Assembly: GCA_043775765.1 (NCBI GenBank)
Contig: JAYVSA010000429.1
Location: 1 to 31,970, forward strand
Reading direction: 5' to 3'
Source of the DNA: Breznakibacter sp.
GTDB lineage: Bacteria; Bacteroidota; Bacteroidia; Bacteroidales; Marinilabiliaceae
Length of the DNA stretch: 31,970 nucleotides
Below the pieces are notes generated by a model. The model saw nothing but the letters and a program-made list of their open reading frames with translations. It did not search any database and was not told the origin of the DNA. The stretch's first letter is position 1. Each line of letters begins with the position of its first letter. The translations under genes and the position numbers were made by a program. Shown in pieces: positions 1-9,414 of the stretch.

Positions 1-1
1 T

Positions 2-145
2 TATCTTGAAAAAATGGAATCACTCGAGCAACTAAGATGGCTCGAAAATGGCTACAAAATAGCGACTGCCATTACCAAAGAAGAGAGCGTATCTATTGAC
101 ACACCCGAAGATTTAGAAAATCTTCTAAAAAACATTAACCAATAA
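2..145 (+). CDS. kdsB: 3-deoxy-manno-octulosonate cytidylyltransferase, C-terminal fragment (partial, runs off the left edge)
   Basis: Not in the ORF track. My translation of frame 2 gives [57 protein letters not shown] and IDTPEDL are the characteristic KdsB C-terminal motifs. Confidence 0.9.
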   Translation, partial: YLEKMESLEQLRWLENGYKIATAITKEESVSIDTPEDLENLLKNINQ

Positions 146-154
146 TTCACAAAT

Positions 155-2173
155 ATGAAAACCCCCGGACTTGTAAAGAATGACTTATGGCTTGCGCCAT
201 TTACAGGTGCAATCAATCACCGCATCCAACAATATGAACGAACGCTTAATGATGCCACTAAATTTGGTTCGCAATCCATTTTAGAGTATGCCTCAGGATA
301 CAAGTATTTCGGCTTACACAAAACCACAGACGGGTGGGCGTTTCGAGAGTGGGCACCCAATGCAAACAGCATATTCTTTACTGGCGATTTTTGTAATTGG
401 GAAGACCGAGAAGAGTACAAACTTACAAAGATAGGCAATGGTGTATGGGAAATCCTATTAGCCAATACGGCCATAAAACACGGCAATCTCTACAAACTGC
501 ATCTCCATTGGAATGGCGGCGAAGGCTACAGAATACCATCTTATGCCAATAGAGTATGGCAAAACCCTGAAAGTCACCTTTTTGATGCACAAGTTTGGAG
601 CCCTGAAAAGCTTTTTACATGGAGCGACAACGACTTTAAAATTAGTCAAGAACCACCTCTCATATACGAAGCACACATTGGCATGTCGAGTGAAGAGGAA
701 AAGGTGAGCAGTTACAAAGAATTTAAGGAGTTAATGCTTCCTCGAATTGTTAAATCGGGATACAATACAATACAACTCATGGCTATTCAAGAACATCCAT
801 ATTATGGTAGTTTCGGATACCATGTTTCTAATTTCTTTGCCGCCTCATCGCGCTTTGGAACACCTGAAGAACTTAAAGAACTCATTAACGAGGCACACAA
901 ATGTGGAATATCGGTAATAATGGACATTGTGCACTCTCATGCCGTAAAAAATGAGCTCGAAGGCCTCGGTGTTTTCGATGGCACACGCACACAATATTTT
1001 CATGACGGAGATAGGGGTGACCACCCAGCTTGGGACTCTAAATGCTTCGATTACGGCAAGAAAGAGGTTATCCATTTCTTGACATCAAACTGCATTTATT
1101 GGCTCGATGAATACCATTTTGATGGCTATAGATTTGATGGGGTTACCAGCATGCTCTATTATAATCACGGACTAGGAAAAGATTTTACATCCTACCAAGA
1201 CTACTATTGCGAAGCTGAAGATGTTGATGCAATGGCATATTTAACTTTAGCAAACAAGGCTATTCACACTTTTAAACCCTCGGCTATAACGGTGGCCGAA
1301 GAGATGAGCGGAATGCCTGGATTGGCTTGCTCAATTGAAGATGGTGGAATGGGTTTTGATTATCGCCTATCGATGGGAGTACCCGATCTTTGGATTAAAA
1401 TGATTAAAGAACTTCCTGATGAAAAATGGAATGTTGGGCTTCTCTTTCACGAACTAACACAACATAGACCTGAAGAGAAAACGATTTCCTACGCCGAATC
1501 ACACGACCAAGCTTTAGTCGGCGATAAAACCCTTATTTTTAGGCTAATAGACAAGGAGATGTACTTCTCGATGGCTAAAAATATTGGTAATCTAATTGTA
1601 GATAGAGGTATAGCGGTTCATAAAATGATTCGTTTAATAACCATCGCGACGAATTATGGTGGGTACTTAAATTTCATGGGCAATGAATTTGGGCACCCCG
1701 AATGGATAGACTTTCCACGCGAAGGCAATAACTGGTCGTGCCAATACGCTCGAAGACAATGGAGTTTGATGGATAATCACGATTTAAAATACCATTGGCT
1801 GAGTGATTTTGACAAAAAAATGGTGGAATTAATGCGAAGAGGAACACTAAAAAACTTACCGCCTTTTGAATGGGTTACCAAAAACGAAGCAGATCAAGTG
1901 CTCGTATTTAAACGTGGCGATCTTCTCTTTGTGTTTAATTTTAATCCAACAACCTCTTTTACCGATTATGGCGTAAATGCGCCAAGTGGAAAATATCAAA
2001 TTATTCTAAACACAGACAACAAAGACTTTGGTGGATTTGGACGGGTTGACGAAGCAATTACCTATTTCTCAGCTCCTCACTCTTGGGATTTTGGCAAACA
2101 TCAGGTTAAACTTTACATCCCAAACCGCACGGCCATCGTTATGAAATTTCAGCCAACTCAACGAGTGCATTAA
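155..2173 (+). CDS. glgB: 1,4-alpha-glucan branching enzyme (GH13_8 type, with N-terminal CBM48)
   Basis: 672 aa. Motifs FREWAPNA, IYEAHIGM, SFGYHVSNFFA, MDIVHSHA, FDGYRFDGVTSMLY (nucleophile Asp), AEEMSG (acid/base Glu), YAESHDQALVGDK and LNFMGNEFGHPEWIDFPR. Confidence 0.95.
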   Translation: MKTPGLVKNDLWLAPFTGAINHRIQQYERTLNDATKFGSQSILEYASGYKYFGLHKTTDGWAFREWAPNANSIFFTGDFCNWEDREEYKLTKIGNGVWEILLANTAIKHGNLYKLHLHWNGGEGYRIPSYANRVWQNPESHLFDAQVWSPEKLFTWSDNDFKISQEPPLIYEAHIGMSSEEEKVSSYKEFKELMLPRIVKSGYNTIQLMAIQEHPYYGSFGYHVSNFFAASSRFGTPEELKELINEAHKCGISVIMDIVHSHAVKNELEGLGVFDGTRTQYFHDGDRGDHPAWDSKCFDYGKKEVIHFLTSNCIYWLDEYHFDGYRFDGVTSMLYYNHGLGKDFTSYQDYYCEAEDVDAMAYLTLANKAIHTFKPSAITVAEEMSGMPGLACSIEDGGMGFDYRLSMGVPDLWIKMIKELPDEKWNVGLLFHELTQHRPEEKTISYAESHDQALVGDKTLIFRLIDKEMYFSMAKNIGNLIVDRGIAVHKMIRLITIATNYGGYLNFMGNEFGHPEWIDFPREGNNWSCQYARRQWSLMDNHDLKYHWLSDFDKKMVELMRRGTLKNLPPFEWVTKNEADQVLVFKRGDLLFVFNFNPTTSFTDYGVNAPSGKYQIILNTDNKDFGGFGRVDEAITYFSAPHSWDFGKHQVKLYIPNRTAIVMKFQPTQRVH

Positions 2174-2214
2174 TTTTATGAAGAAATAGACTCAACTCAC
2201 AGGGTGATAGACAT

Positions 2215-2254
2215 AAAAGGGCTTCCAAAATGAAATGGAAGCCCTTTTTATTTT
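2215..2254. terminator. Bidirectional intrinsic terminator between convergent glgB and the synthase-phosphorylase gene
   Basis: AAAAGGGCTTCCA-aaatgaaa-TGGAAGCCCTTTT is a perfect 13-bp inverted repeat with A/T tracts on both sides. Confidence 0.85.
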
Positions 2255-2274
2255 CATTATAAAGCTATTAAATA

Positions 2275-5200
2275 CTAAATCCAACGAACATAGCAAAAAT
2301 CCATTTTGTGAGGTAAATCTGGGTTACAAGCAAAGATGCGCAGCCCAAATTTAAACTCTCCTGCCACGGTTAACTTATGCGCCAACGAGTAAGTTGTCCG
2401 AGTTCCTTGAGTAGAAAGAATCGAGAACTCCTCTACATGAAGGGTTTTGGTTTCACTGTCAGAACCGTCCGAATAAACTAACTCAACGCCAACATCAGCA
2501 CTTTCGAGCTTTTTAAGATCTAATTCAACGTTAATCTTATAGATGTCACCCACCTTTAAATCAAGATGCTTTATATCTGGAACCTCAACAGAAGACACCG
2601 TCACATCGCCCCAATTTGCTTGGAAATTACGTTTCCATTTAGCTAATTTGCGAACTTTCTCAAAGTCGTTATTCACAAGAAGTTGTTTACGACTATAAAG
2701 TTTCTTATAAAAACGCTCTAAATAATCGTCAATCATCCTCTTGGTTGTGTAATCGGGAGCAATTTCAGAAATCGACTTTTTAATAAACTGAACCCAACGA
2801 TGAGGCACACCCGAAACGTCTTGATCGTAATAAAGAGGAATAATCTCATTCTCAAGCATCCTATAAATGGTTGCTGCATCGAGTTCATCCTGATGGTCAT
2901 GATTTTGATAGGTTTGTTTTTCGGTTAATGCCCAACCTGCACCTTCAACATATCCTTCATACCACCAACCATCTTTAACACTAAAATTTAATGTTCCGTT
3001 CATTTCTGCCTTTTCGCCACTTGTGCCTGATGCTTCAAGCGGACGAGTGGGCGTATTAAGCCAAATATCGACCCCACTAACCAAGCGTTTTGCCAGCTCC
3101 ATATCGTAATTCTCAAGGAAAATAACTTTTCCTAAAAACTCAGGGCGACGTGAAATCTCAACAATATGCTTAATTAGTCCCTGTCCACCACCATCGGCTG
3201 GATGCGCCTTGCCAGAAAATATAAATTGAACTGGACGCAAAGGATTATTCACAATCTTAGATAAACGATCTAAATCGGTAAATAGGAGGTGTGCTCTTTT
3301 GTAGGTTGCAAATCGACGAGCAAAACCTATTGTTAAGGTCTTCTCATTCATCCTATTCAAAATTTGAATTACATTGGCTGGATCTTCTGCACGACTCGAC
3401 ATATTTTTTCCAATACGTCTTTTCATATACTCTACCAACTTAGAACGAAGTCGACTTTTAATTTTCCAAACCTCCTCATCGGAAATATGGTATATTTTAC
3501 GCCAATAATCTTTATTTGACAAATCGTCTATAAAACCTTCTCCAAATCGTTCTTCGTAGAATTTACGCCATTCTTTAGATGTCCAAGTACCATAATGTAC
3601 TCCATTTGTAACATATCCAATGTGTAGCTCTTGTTCAAAATAACCAGGCCACATCTCTTTAAACATTTCCTTACTTACCTCTCCATGAAGCCAGCTAACA
3701 CCATTAATCTCCTGCGAAGTATGGGCGGCCAATGCACTCATAGAAAACTTCTCAAATTTATTACCTGGAATTTCACGACCTAAATCCATAAACTCATCCC
3801 ATGAAATATTTAAGAGTGCTGGTATATGGCGTAAATAAACTCGGAATAAATCCTCATCAAACTTATCATGCCCAGCAGGTACAGGTGTATGAGTTGTAAA
3901 AAGCGAACTCACTCTTACCAGTTCCATTGCCTCTTGGAAAGAGAATTTCTTTTCGATTAGGTTAATGAGTCTTTGAACATTGATTAATGCGGCATGACCC
4001 TCATTGCAATGGTACAAATCGGCATTGATTTTTAGCGCTTCCAACACTCTAATCCCGCCCATTCCTAAAATAAATTCCTGTTTTAGACGATTTTCCCAGT
4101 TGCCGCCGTAGAGATTATGTGTTATTTCTCTGTCCTCCTGACTGTTTTTATCATTATCGCAGTCCATCAAATACAATGGAATTCTTCCAACACTCGCTTT
4201 CCAAACCTTGGCATAAACTGTACGGCCTGGGAATTCACTTGCAACAAACAGCGGCGTTCCATCAGCCCCAATCACTTCTTCTATTGGAAGATTATTGAAA
4301 AACTGCATGTCTTGATTGGCCAATTGTTCTCCATTTAGTGATAACGACTGCGTGAAATAGCCATATCTATAAAGTAAACCTACTGCAACCATGTTAACAC
4401 AAGAGTCTGAGGCTTCTTTTAGATAATCTCCAGCCAAAACGCCCAAACCACCAGAAAATATTTTGAGCACGTCGGAAATACCATATTCCATGCTGAAATA
4501 AGCAATCTTCGGCTCGTGTTTAAATGGCTTTGCCAGATATTTTGTAAAATTTTCATGAACCCGATTTAATTTTGAGACAAAATCATGATCTATAGCCAAT
4601 GCTTCTAATCGCTCAATTTTGACACGTTCTAAAAGAACAATCGGATTTTTATTTAAAGACTCCCATAAATGAGGATCCACGGCATCAAAAATCTCAACAG
4701 CCTCATAATTCCACGACCACCATAAGTTCCGTGCAATTTCTTGAAGGGCAATTAGGTTTTCAGGAAGGGTAGACTTAACCACTAGAGTTTTCCAAATAGG
4801 CTCACGCGATGATTGTGACTCAACTTTAATTCGAGCTTCTGTTTGAAAAAGAGAAAACTGCCCCTTACGTTCAACCACCTTTTTCAAGGCAATATCATAA
4901 GCATCAAAATACTTTTGGCTAAGTGTTGACCATTCAGCAGTTTTAGAAAGCTTTAAGGCTGCAGCACGAATTTTAACCACATCCTTCTCCAACTTTCCAG
5001 AAAAAACATGTATGGCGTTTGAAATAGCAACAGAAGTCTCAAATTGATTACTATCTGTACGGTCAAAAACTTCAATTCCTTCATCAAGTCCCTTTGCAAA
5101 TTGTCGTGCCCAAATTCCAAAGCCGGCTAAATTAGTCGTTATTGTTGGAATGGAGAATGCCAAACTCTCTAAAGGTGTATATCCCCACGGTTCATAATAA

Positions 5201-6507
5201 GAAGGAAATACGGTAAGATCCATCCCTATAAGAATATCATAATAATGCATGTTGAAAATGCCATCATCGCCATTCAAATAAGAAGGAACGAAGATTAACT
5301 TAACTTTGTCATCCTTAGAATTTGTAAGATGAATATCCTGCACTTTATTCATTATCGGATCCCAACCAATCTCGTTTAGACCGTGTGTTAAAAACGGGTT
5401 GTCAAGAATATTTGTGGCTTTAGGATCATTTAATTTTTCAATTAAATCACGACGAGCACCACTTGTATCTGCTGGTATTAACGTAAACGCAACCACCTCT
5501 CTTGTTTGCTCTTTATTATTATTCAACAAACGTAGAGAGTCGAGAAATACATCAATTCCTTTATTTTTATACTCGTAACGGCCACTATTTGCAACAAATA
5601 GAACATCATCGGAGAGTTTGTAGCCTATTAACGCTTCTACCACTCTTCGTATTTCACTACGAGCATGTTTTCGTTTTTTTGTAAATTCAGCTCCTTTAGC
5701 CACAAAATCAGCTTCAAATCCATTCGGAGTAACAATATCTACAGGTCGTGAGAGCAACTGTTGGCATTCACGCGCGGTAATGTCTGAAACGGTAGTAAAA
5801 CAATCTGCATTGTTAGCGGCAATCTTCTCTAGCGAATGTTTTGCCACAACCCCCATTTCGTGCGAGCGCGAATCTCCATCGTAATCAGCAAGATGGTCGT
5901 AGATTGGTAATCCATTACCTGCTAACGAACGCCCAACTACCGTAGCATGAGTTGTGAAAGCCGTTGCAACTTGCGATAAATACTCTTTAAGATAGAGAAC
6001 TCCACTTCCTGTCATCCACTCATGAAAATGAGCCACGACTTTTTGATTTTTCGAGAGATAGAACTTGTAAAAACTTTCTATCAAACGACCTGCCATGTGC
6101 CCAAACAACAAGGCCTCAAGATAGTCCCACTGACCCGATAAGGAATCGAGCTTATAGGTCTCCCAGTAATTAGATAAAATCTCGTTCTTATGCGGAATAG
6201 CAGAACTAAAATCAACTAGAATAACAATAGGTTTACCAACGATATTCCACCGACCTGTTTTTATTTTTATCTTCTCTTGAGCTAAACTCACTTTCCAATT
6301 TGCAAAAAGAGATTCATCGGGAATAAATTCAGGATTACTGTTCGGCCCACGCCAAACGTCGGGTCCAATAAAAATCAATTTATCCTGAAGCTCCTTTATC
6401 ATTGATGAAGCCTTTGTAGAAAGAACTGTGTGAATGCCACCCATCTTATTACAAACCTCCCAACTTGTTTCAAAAACATAATCAGGTTTCAAATAACCTT
6501 CGCTCAT
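2275..6507 (-). CDS. Fusion of GT3 glycogen synthase (aa ~1-550) and GT35 alpha-glucan phosphorylase (aa ~570-1410)
   Basis: N-terminal half: FETSWEVCNKMGGIHTV, FHEWM, FTTHAT, GRYEYKNKG and PSYYEPWGYTPLE (GT3 E-X7-E). C-terminal half: ARNLWWSW, YFSMEYG, FSGGLGVLAGD, HCNEGH, FTTHTPVPAGHD, FARRFATYKR and EASGTSGEKA (PLP lysine). Confidence 0.93.
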   Translation of the reverse strand: MSEGYLKPDYVFETSWEVCNKMGGIHTVLSTKASSMIKELQDKLIFIGPDVWRGPNSNPEFIPDESLFANWKVSLAQEKIKIKTGRWNIVGKPIVILVDFSSAIPHKNEILSNYWETYKLDSLSGQWDYLEALLFGHMAGRLIESFYKFYLSKNQKVVAHFHEWMTGSGVLYLKEYLSQVATAFTTHATVVGRSLAGNGLPIYDHLADYDGDSRSHEMGVVAKHSLEKIAANNADCFTTVSDITARECQQLLSRPVDIVTPNGFEADFVAKGAEFTKKRKHARSEIRRVVEALIGYKLSDDVLFVANSGRYEYKNKGIDVFLDSLRLLNNNKEQTREVVAFTLIPADTSGARRDLIEKLNDPKATNILDNPFLTHGLNEIGWDPIMNKVQDIHLTNSKDDKVKLIFVPSYLNGDDGIFNMHYYDILIGMDLTVFPSYYEPWGYTPLESLAFSIPTITTNLAGFGIWARQFAKGLDEGIEVFDRTDSNQFETSVAISNAIHVFSGKLEKDVVKIRAAALKLSKTAEWSTLSQKYFDAYDIALKKVVERKGQFSLFQTEARIKVESQSSREPIWKTLVVKSTLPENLIALQEIARNLWWSWNYEAVEIFDAVDPHLWESLNKNPIVLLERVKIERLEALAIDHDFVSKLNRVHENFTKYLAKPFKHEPKIAYFSMEYGISDVLKIFSGGLGVLAGDYLKEASDSCVNMVAVGLLYRYGYFTQSLSLNGEQLANQDMQFFNNLPIEEVIGADGTPLFVASEFPGRTVYAKVWKASVGRIPLYLMDCDNDKNSQEDREITHNLYGGNWENRLKQEFILGMGGIRVLEALKINADLYHCNEGHAALINVQRLINLIEKKFSFQEAMELVRVSSLFTTHTPVPAGHDKFDEDLFRVYLRHIPALLNISWDEFMDLGREIPGNKFEKFSMSALAAHTSQEINGVSWLHGEVSKEMFKEMWPGYFEQELHIGYVTNGVHYGTWTSKEWRKFYEERFGEGFIDDLSNKDYWRKIYHISDEEVWKIKSRLRSKLVEYMKRRIGKNMSSRAEDPANVIQILNRMNEKTLTIGFARRFATYKRAHLLFTDLDRLSKIVNNPLRPVQFIFSGKAHPADGGGQGLIKHIVEISRRPEFLGKVIFLENYDMELAKRLVSGVDIWLNTPTRPLEASGTSGEKAEMNGTLNFSVKDGWWYEGYVEGAGWALTEKQTYQNHDHQDELDAATIYRMLENEIIPLYYDQDVSGVPHRWVQFIKKSISEIAPDYTTKRMIDDYLERFYKKLYSRKQLLVNNDFEKVRKLAKWKRNFQANWGDVTVSSVEVPDIKHLDLKVGDIYKINVELDLKKLESADVGVELVYSDGSDSETKTLHVEEFSILSTQGTRTTYSLAHKLTVAGEFKFGLRIFACNPDLPHKMDFCYVRWI

Positions 6508-6512
6508 TTAAT

Positions 6513-6520
6513 TTCCTCCC
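6513..6520 (-). promoter_or_regulatory. Shine-Dalgarno-like motif upstream of the fusion gene
   Basis: The minus strand reads GGGAGG-AAATTAA-ATG, a 7-nt spacer to the start at 6507. Confidence 0.45.
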
Positions 6521-6546
6521 TAATTTATTGGTTAATTTATTGGTTA
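6521..6546. repeat. Tandem direct repeat of 12 bp (2 copies plus 2 bp)
   Basis: TAATTTATTGGT at 6521-6532 and 6533-6544, followed by TA. Confidence 0.8.
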
Positions 6547-6788
6547 TAACGCAAAACCTAAATACCCAGACATAGTCAATATTTCACTAATTTTCTAATC
6601 GTATTGAACGATTCCTAATATGCAATAATAGCAAAAATTTCAACGTAAAATTTCTGAGCAAGCTATTCTGTAGTAAAGTTTTACAAGTTTTAACTACTTG
6701 CATAACCATTGTAGATATTTAAATGATAAAAGGAGAAAAGTTTCCACTAATCCCCCTTTTTATCGTTTTGCAAGAAATGCACCGTAAC

Positions 6789-8084
6789 CTATTTCTTCTT
6801 TTTTAATGCATTTAACTCCTCTTGAAGTTTTTCTATAATTTTATTACTCTCGTCTAACTTAGAATGGAGCTCATTAACACTCTGATCGTTATCAAAAGGC
6901 ATAATGGCTTTCAGACGTATTGCAAAATCACTTAAAATATTCATAAAGTTACTAAATGCCTGATATGGCGTTTCATAAGGATTAAAGTAAGTGTGGACAT
7001 CTCCATCCGAAAAGTATTTGGTGCTCATATAATAGAGATGATCAGAGCTTTGGATAAAAGACCAATCCTTTAATAACTTCGCATCTTTACAATTCTCTAT
7101 TTGAGGCAATAAGGCATAAAGCTTATTAAAAGCTTCATCTTGCAACTCATTTCCGAGCCATGCAGTTAAGTCTCGTTCCTCATCGGCCCATGAAATTGGT
7201 TGAGGCACTTTAATTGCGGAAACAGGTTGCAATCTTTCTATTGCTTCAGATGGTGTAATAAATATAAATTCTTTAGAATTTACGGCTTCAGTGATGAAAG
7301 TCTCGAGAAAATCAAAGATTCCGGTCTCCTTCCACTGGTGTTCGCCAAAAGTCTCATAATCAAGAAAGAGATTAATAATTTCCTCTTTAGGATCGAGCCC
7401 ATTGAGCCATGAAACATATTTCTCTGCAGTTAATGGGTATTCCGACCAATTTTTATTCCCAAACCGAAAGGCAATATCATCTGAAAGTTTGAAATTTTTA
7501 AGCAAAACTTTTAACTTCGGATTAATTGCATTACAATATAAGAAATTAGGACTTTTCCATCCAAGAATATGTTTAGCGCCCTCTGTTAACATAGCCTTAT
7601 AACCTAAAGACGCAACCATCTCACCAATCCCATCGGAGTAAATAAGTTCAGTGTTTCGAAATACCGTTGGACGTTGGCCAAATAATTCAAATATTGTATC
7701 ACTGTGTTGCTGTACTTGTTTTGCAAACTCGGCCTTGTCTTTTAGAGCAACTAAAGAATGACTATATGTCTCCGACAAAAACTCAACACACCCTGTTTTA
7801 GCCAACTTTTGAAAACTCGCAATTACCTCGGGCATATAGAGTTTAAACTGCTCTATTGCGACTCCAGAGAGAGAAAAAGCTACCTTAAAACTACCATTAT
7901 GCTTTTTGATGAGCTTAAGTAATAGCTCATTTGCAGGCAAATAACATTTACTGGCTACTCTATTTACTATACTTTCATTTAGGTAATCGTCGTAATAATA
8001 ACTATCATTTCCTATATCAAAAAAACGGTATCTTCGTAACCGAAACGGCTGGTGAACTTGAAAATAAAAACAGATATTCTTCAT
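6789..8084 (-). CDS. Glycoside hydrolase family 57 (alpha-amylase-like)
   Basis: Motifs FQVHQP, FLSETYSHSL, FRNTELIYS (nucleophile Glu), LFLDYETFGEHQ (acid/base Asp) and SWADEERDLTAWLGN. I moved the start from 8114 to the ATG at 8084 (MKNICFYFQVHQP), the usual GH57 N-terminus. Confidence 0.92.
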   Translation of the reverse strand: MKNICFYFQVHQPFRLRRYRFFDIGNDSYYYDDYLNESIVNRVASKCYLPANELLLKLIKKHNGSFKVAFSLSGVAIEQFKLYMPEVIASFQKLAKTGCVEFLSETYSHSLVALKDKAEFAKQVQQHSDTIFELFGQRPTVFRNTELIYSDGIGEMVASLGYKAMLTEGAKHILGWKSPNFLYCNAINPKLKVLLKNFKLSDDIAFRFGNKNWSEYPLTAEKYVSWLNGLDPKEEIINLFLDYETFGEHQWKETGIFDFLETFITEAVNSKEFIFITPSEAIERLQPVSAIKVPQPISWADEERDLTAWLGNELQDEAFNKLYALLPQIENCKDAKLLKDWSFIQSSDHLYYMSTKYFSDGDVHTYFNPYETPYQAFSNFMNILSDFAIRLKAIMPFDNDQSVNELHSKLDESNKIIEKLQEELNALKKKK

Positions 8085-8124
8085 GACTTCAATATTTCTT
8101 TGTTGCGAACCCAAAAACTTAAAA

Positions 8125-9414
8125 TTATCTTATTACTACAGAGTCATAGACATCCTTAACCAAAACGGCTGATTTTTCCCACTTCAAGTTATCGACCTCT
8201 TCTTTACCATATTTTTTAAATACCCCAGACAGTGCTGGATAATTTAACACTCCATACATTGCATCTGCCATTTCATCTACATCCCAAAAATTTGTTTTGA
8301 TAGCGTATTTTAGAATCTCTGCTACACCCGACTGATGAGAAATAAGTACTGGAACATTACTTTGCATGGCCTCTAGTGGGGAGATTCCAAATGGTTCAGA
8401 AACCGATGGCATTACATACAAATCACTCATACTGAGCATGTGAAAAACCTCTTCTCCTTTCAAAAATCCTGTAAAATGAAATTTATCGGAAATTTTTAAT
8501 TCTGCGGTTCTACGAATCATTTTCTCCATCATATCGCCACTTCCAGCCATTACAAAACGAACATTGTCCATCTTTTGTAAAACCTTATAAGCCGCTTCGA
8601 TAAAGTATTCTGGACCTTTTTGCATTGTTATCCTTCCTAAGAAAGTTACAATTTTTTCATCAATTCCTCGAACAAATGGTTCTCCCTTTTCATTTTTAGG
8701 AGCATCTACCGCATTATATACGGTTACTACTTTATTTGGGTCTATGCCATATTTCTCAATAACGATGTTTCGAGTTAAATTACTGACGGTAATGATTCTA
8801 TCAGCAGCATCCATTCCTCTTTTTTCTATTTCATACACAACCGGATTAACGCTTCCACCGCTTCGGTCGAAATCTGTGGCATGAACATGAATAACCAACG
8901 GCTTTCCTGATGCTTCTTTGGCTGCAATTCCAGCAGGATAAGCCAACCAGTCGTGGGCATGAATAACATCAAACTCATTATCCTGAGCGATTAAGTTGGC
9001 AACATAGGCATAGTTCCCTATCTCCTCTAACAGATTGGTGCCATACTTCCCAGAGAAATTAATTCGGCCTCTGTTGTCGGTATTCACAAGTCTACGATCA
9101 CTGGCTACTTCGAGTGTTGCCAGCTTATGATAATCTTCTGGATCCACATAAGGAACCAACTTGGAATCAATTTCGATATACTCGATTTGTTGTTGAAAGT
9201 TCTTTCGGGTCAATCGGCGCTGCGTAACCGTTACGTCACTGGCTCCAATAAGCTTCATAGCCGATTGATCTTCATCACCATGTGCTTTGGGAACCACAAA
9301 AATGACTTCCAAATCTTCAATATGAGACAACCCTCTTGTAAGTCCGTAACAAGCAGTGCCTAATCCACCTGTTATATGAGGAGGAAACTCCCAACCAAAC
9401 ATTAATACTTTCAT
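8125..9414 (-). CDS. GT4 glycosyltransferase of the glycogen cluster
   Basis: MKVLMFGWEFPPHITGGLG, HAHDWL, HVHATDFDRSG, LGRITMQKG and PSVSEPFGISPLEA (E-X7-E). The start overlaps the upstream stop (ATGA, 9411-9414). Confidence 0.9.
   Translation of the reverse strand: MKVLMFGWEFPPHITGGLGTACYGLTRGLSHIEDLEVIFVVPKAHGDEDQSAMKLIGASDVTVTQRRLTRKNFQQQIEYIEIDSKLVPYVDPEDYHKLATLEVASDRRLVNTDNRGRINFSGKYGTNLLEEIGNYAYVANLIAQDNEFDVIHAHDWLAYPAGIAAKEASGKPLVIHVHATDFDRSGGSVNPVVYEIEKRGMDAADRIITVSNLTRNIVIEKYGIDPNKVVTVYNAVDAPKNEKGEPFVRGIDEKIVTFLGRITMQKGPEYFIEAAYKVLQKMDNVRFVMAGSGDMMEKMIRRTAELKISDKFHFTGFLKGEEVFHMLSMSDLYVMPSVSEPFGISPLEAMQSNVPVLISHQSGVAEILKYAIKTNFWDVDEMADAMYGVLNYPALSGVFKKYGKEEVDNLKWEKSAVLVKDVYDSVVIR

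Noticed and set aside
6580-6702. About 40-codon ORF on the minus strand between GH57 and the fusion gene (MVMQVVKTCK...)
   Set aside because: No homology cue or coding signal, and it overlaps a probable promoter region.
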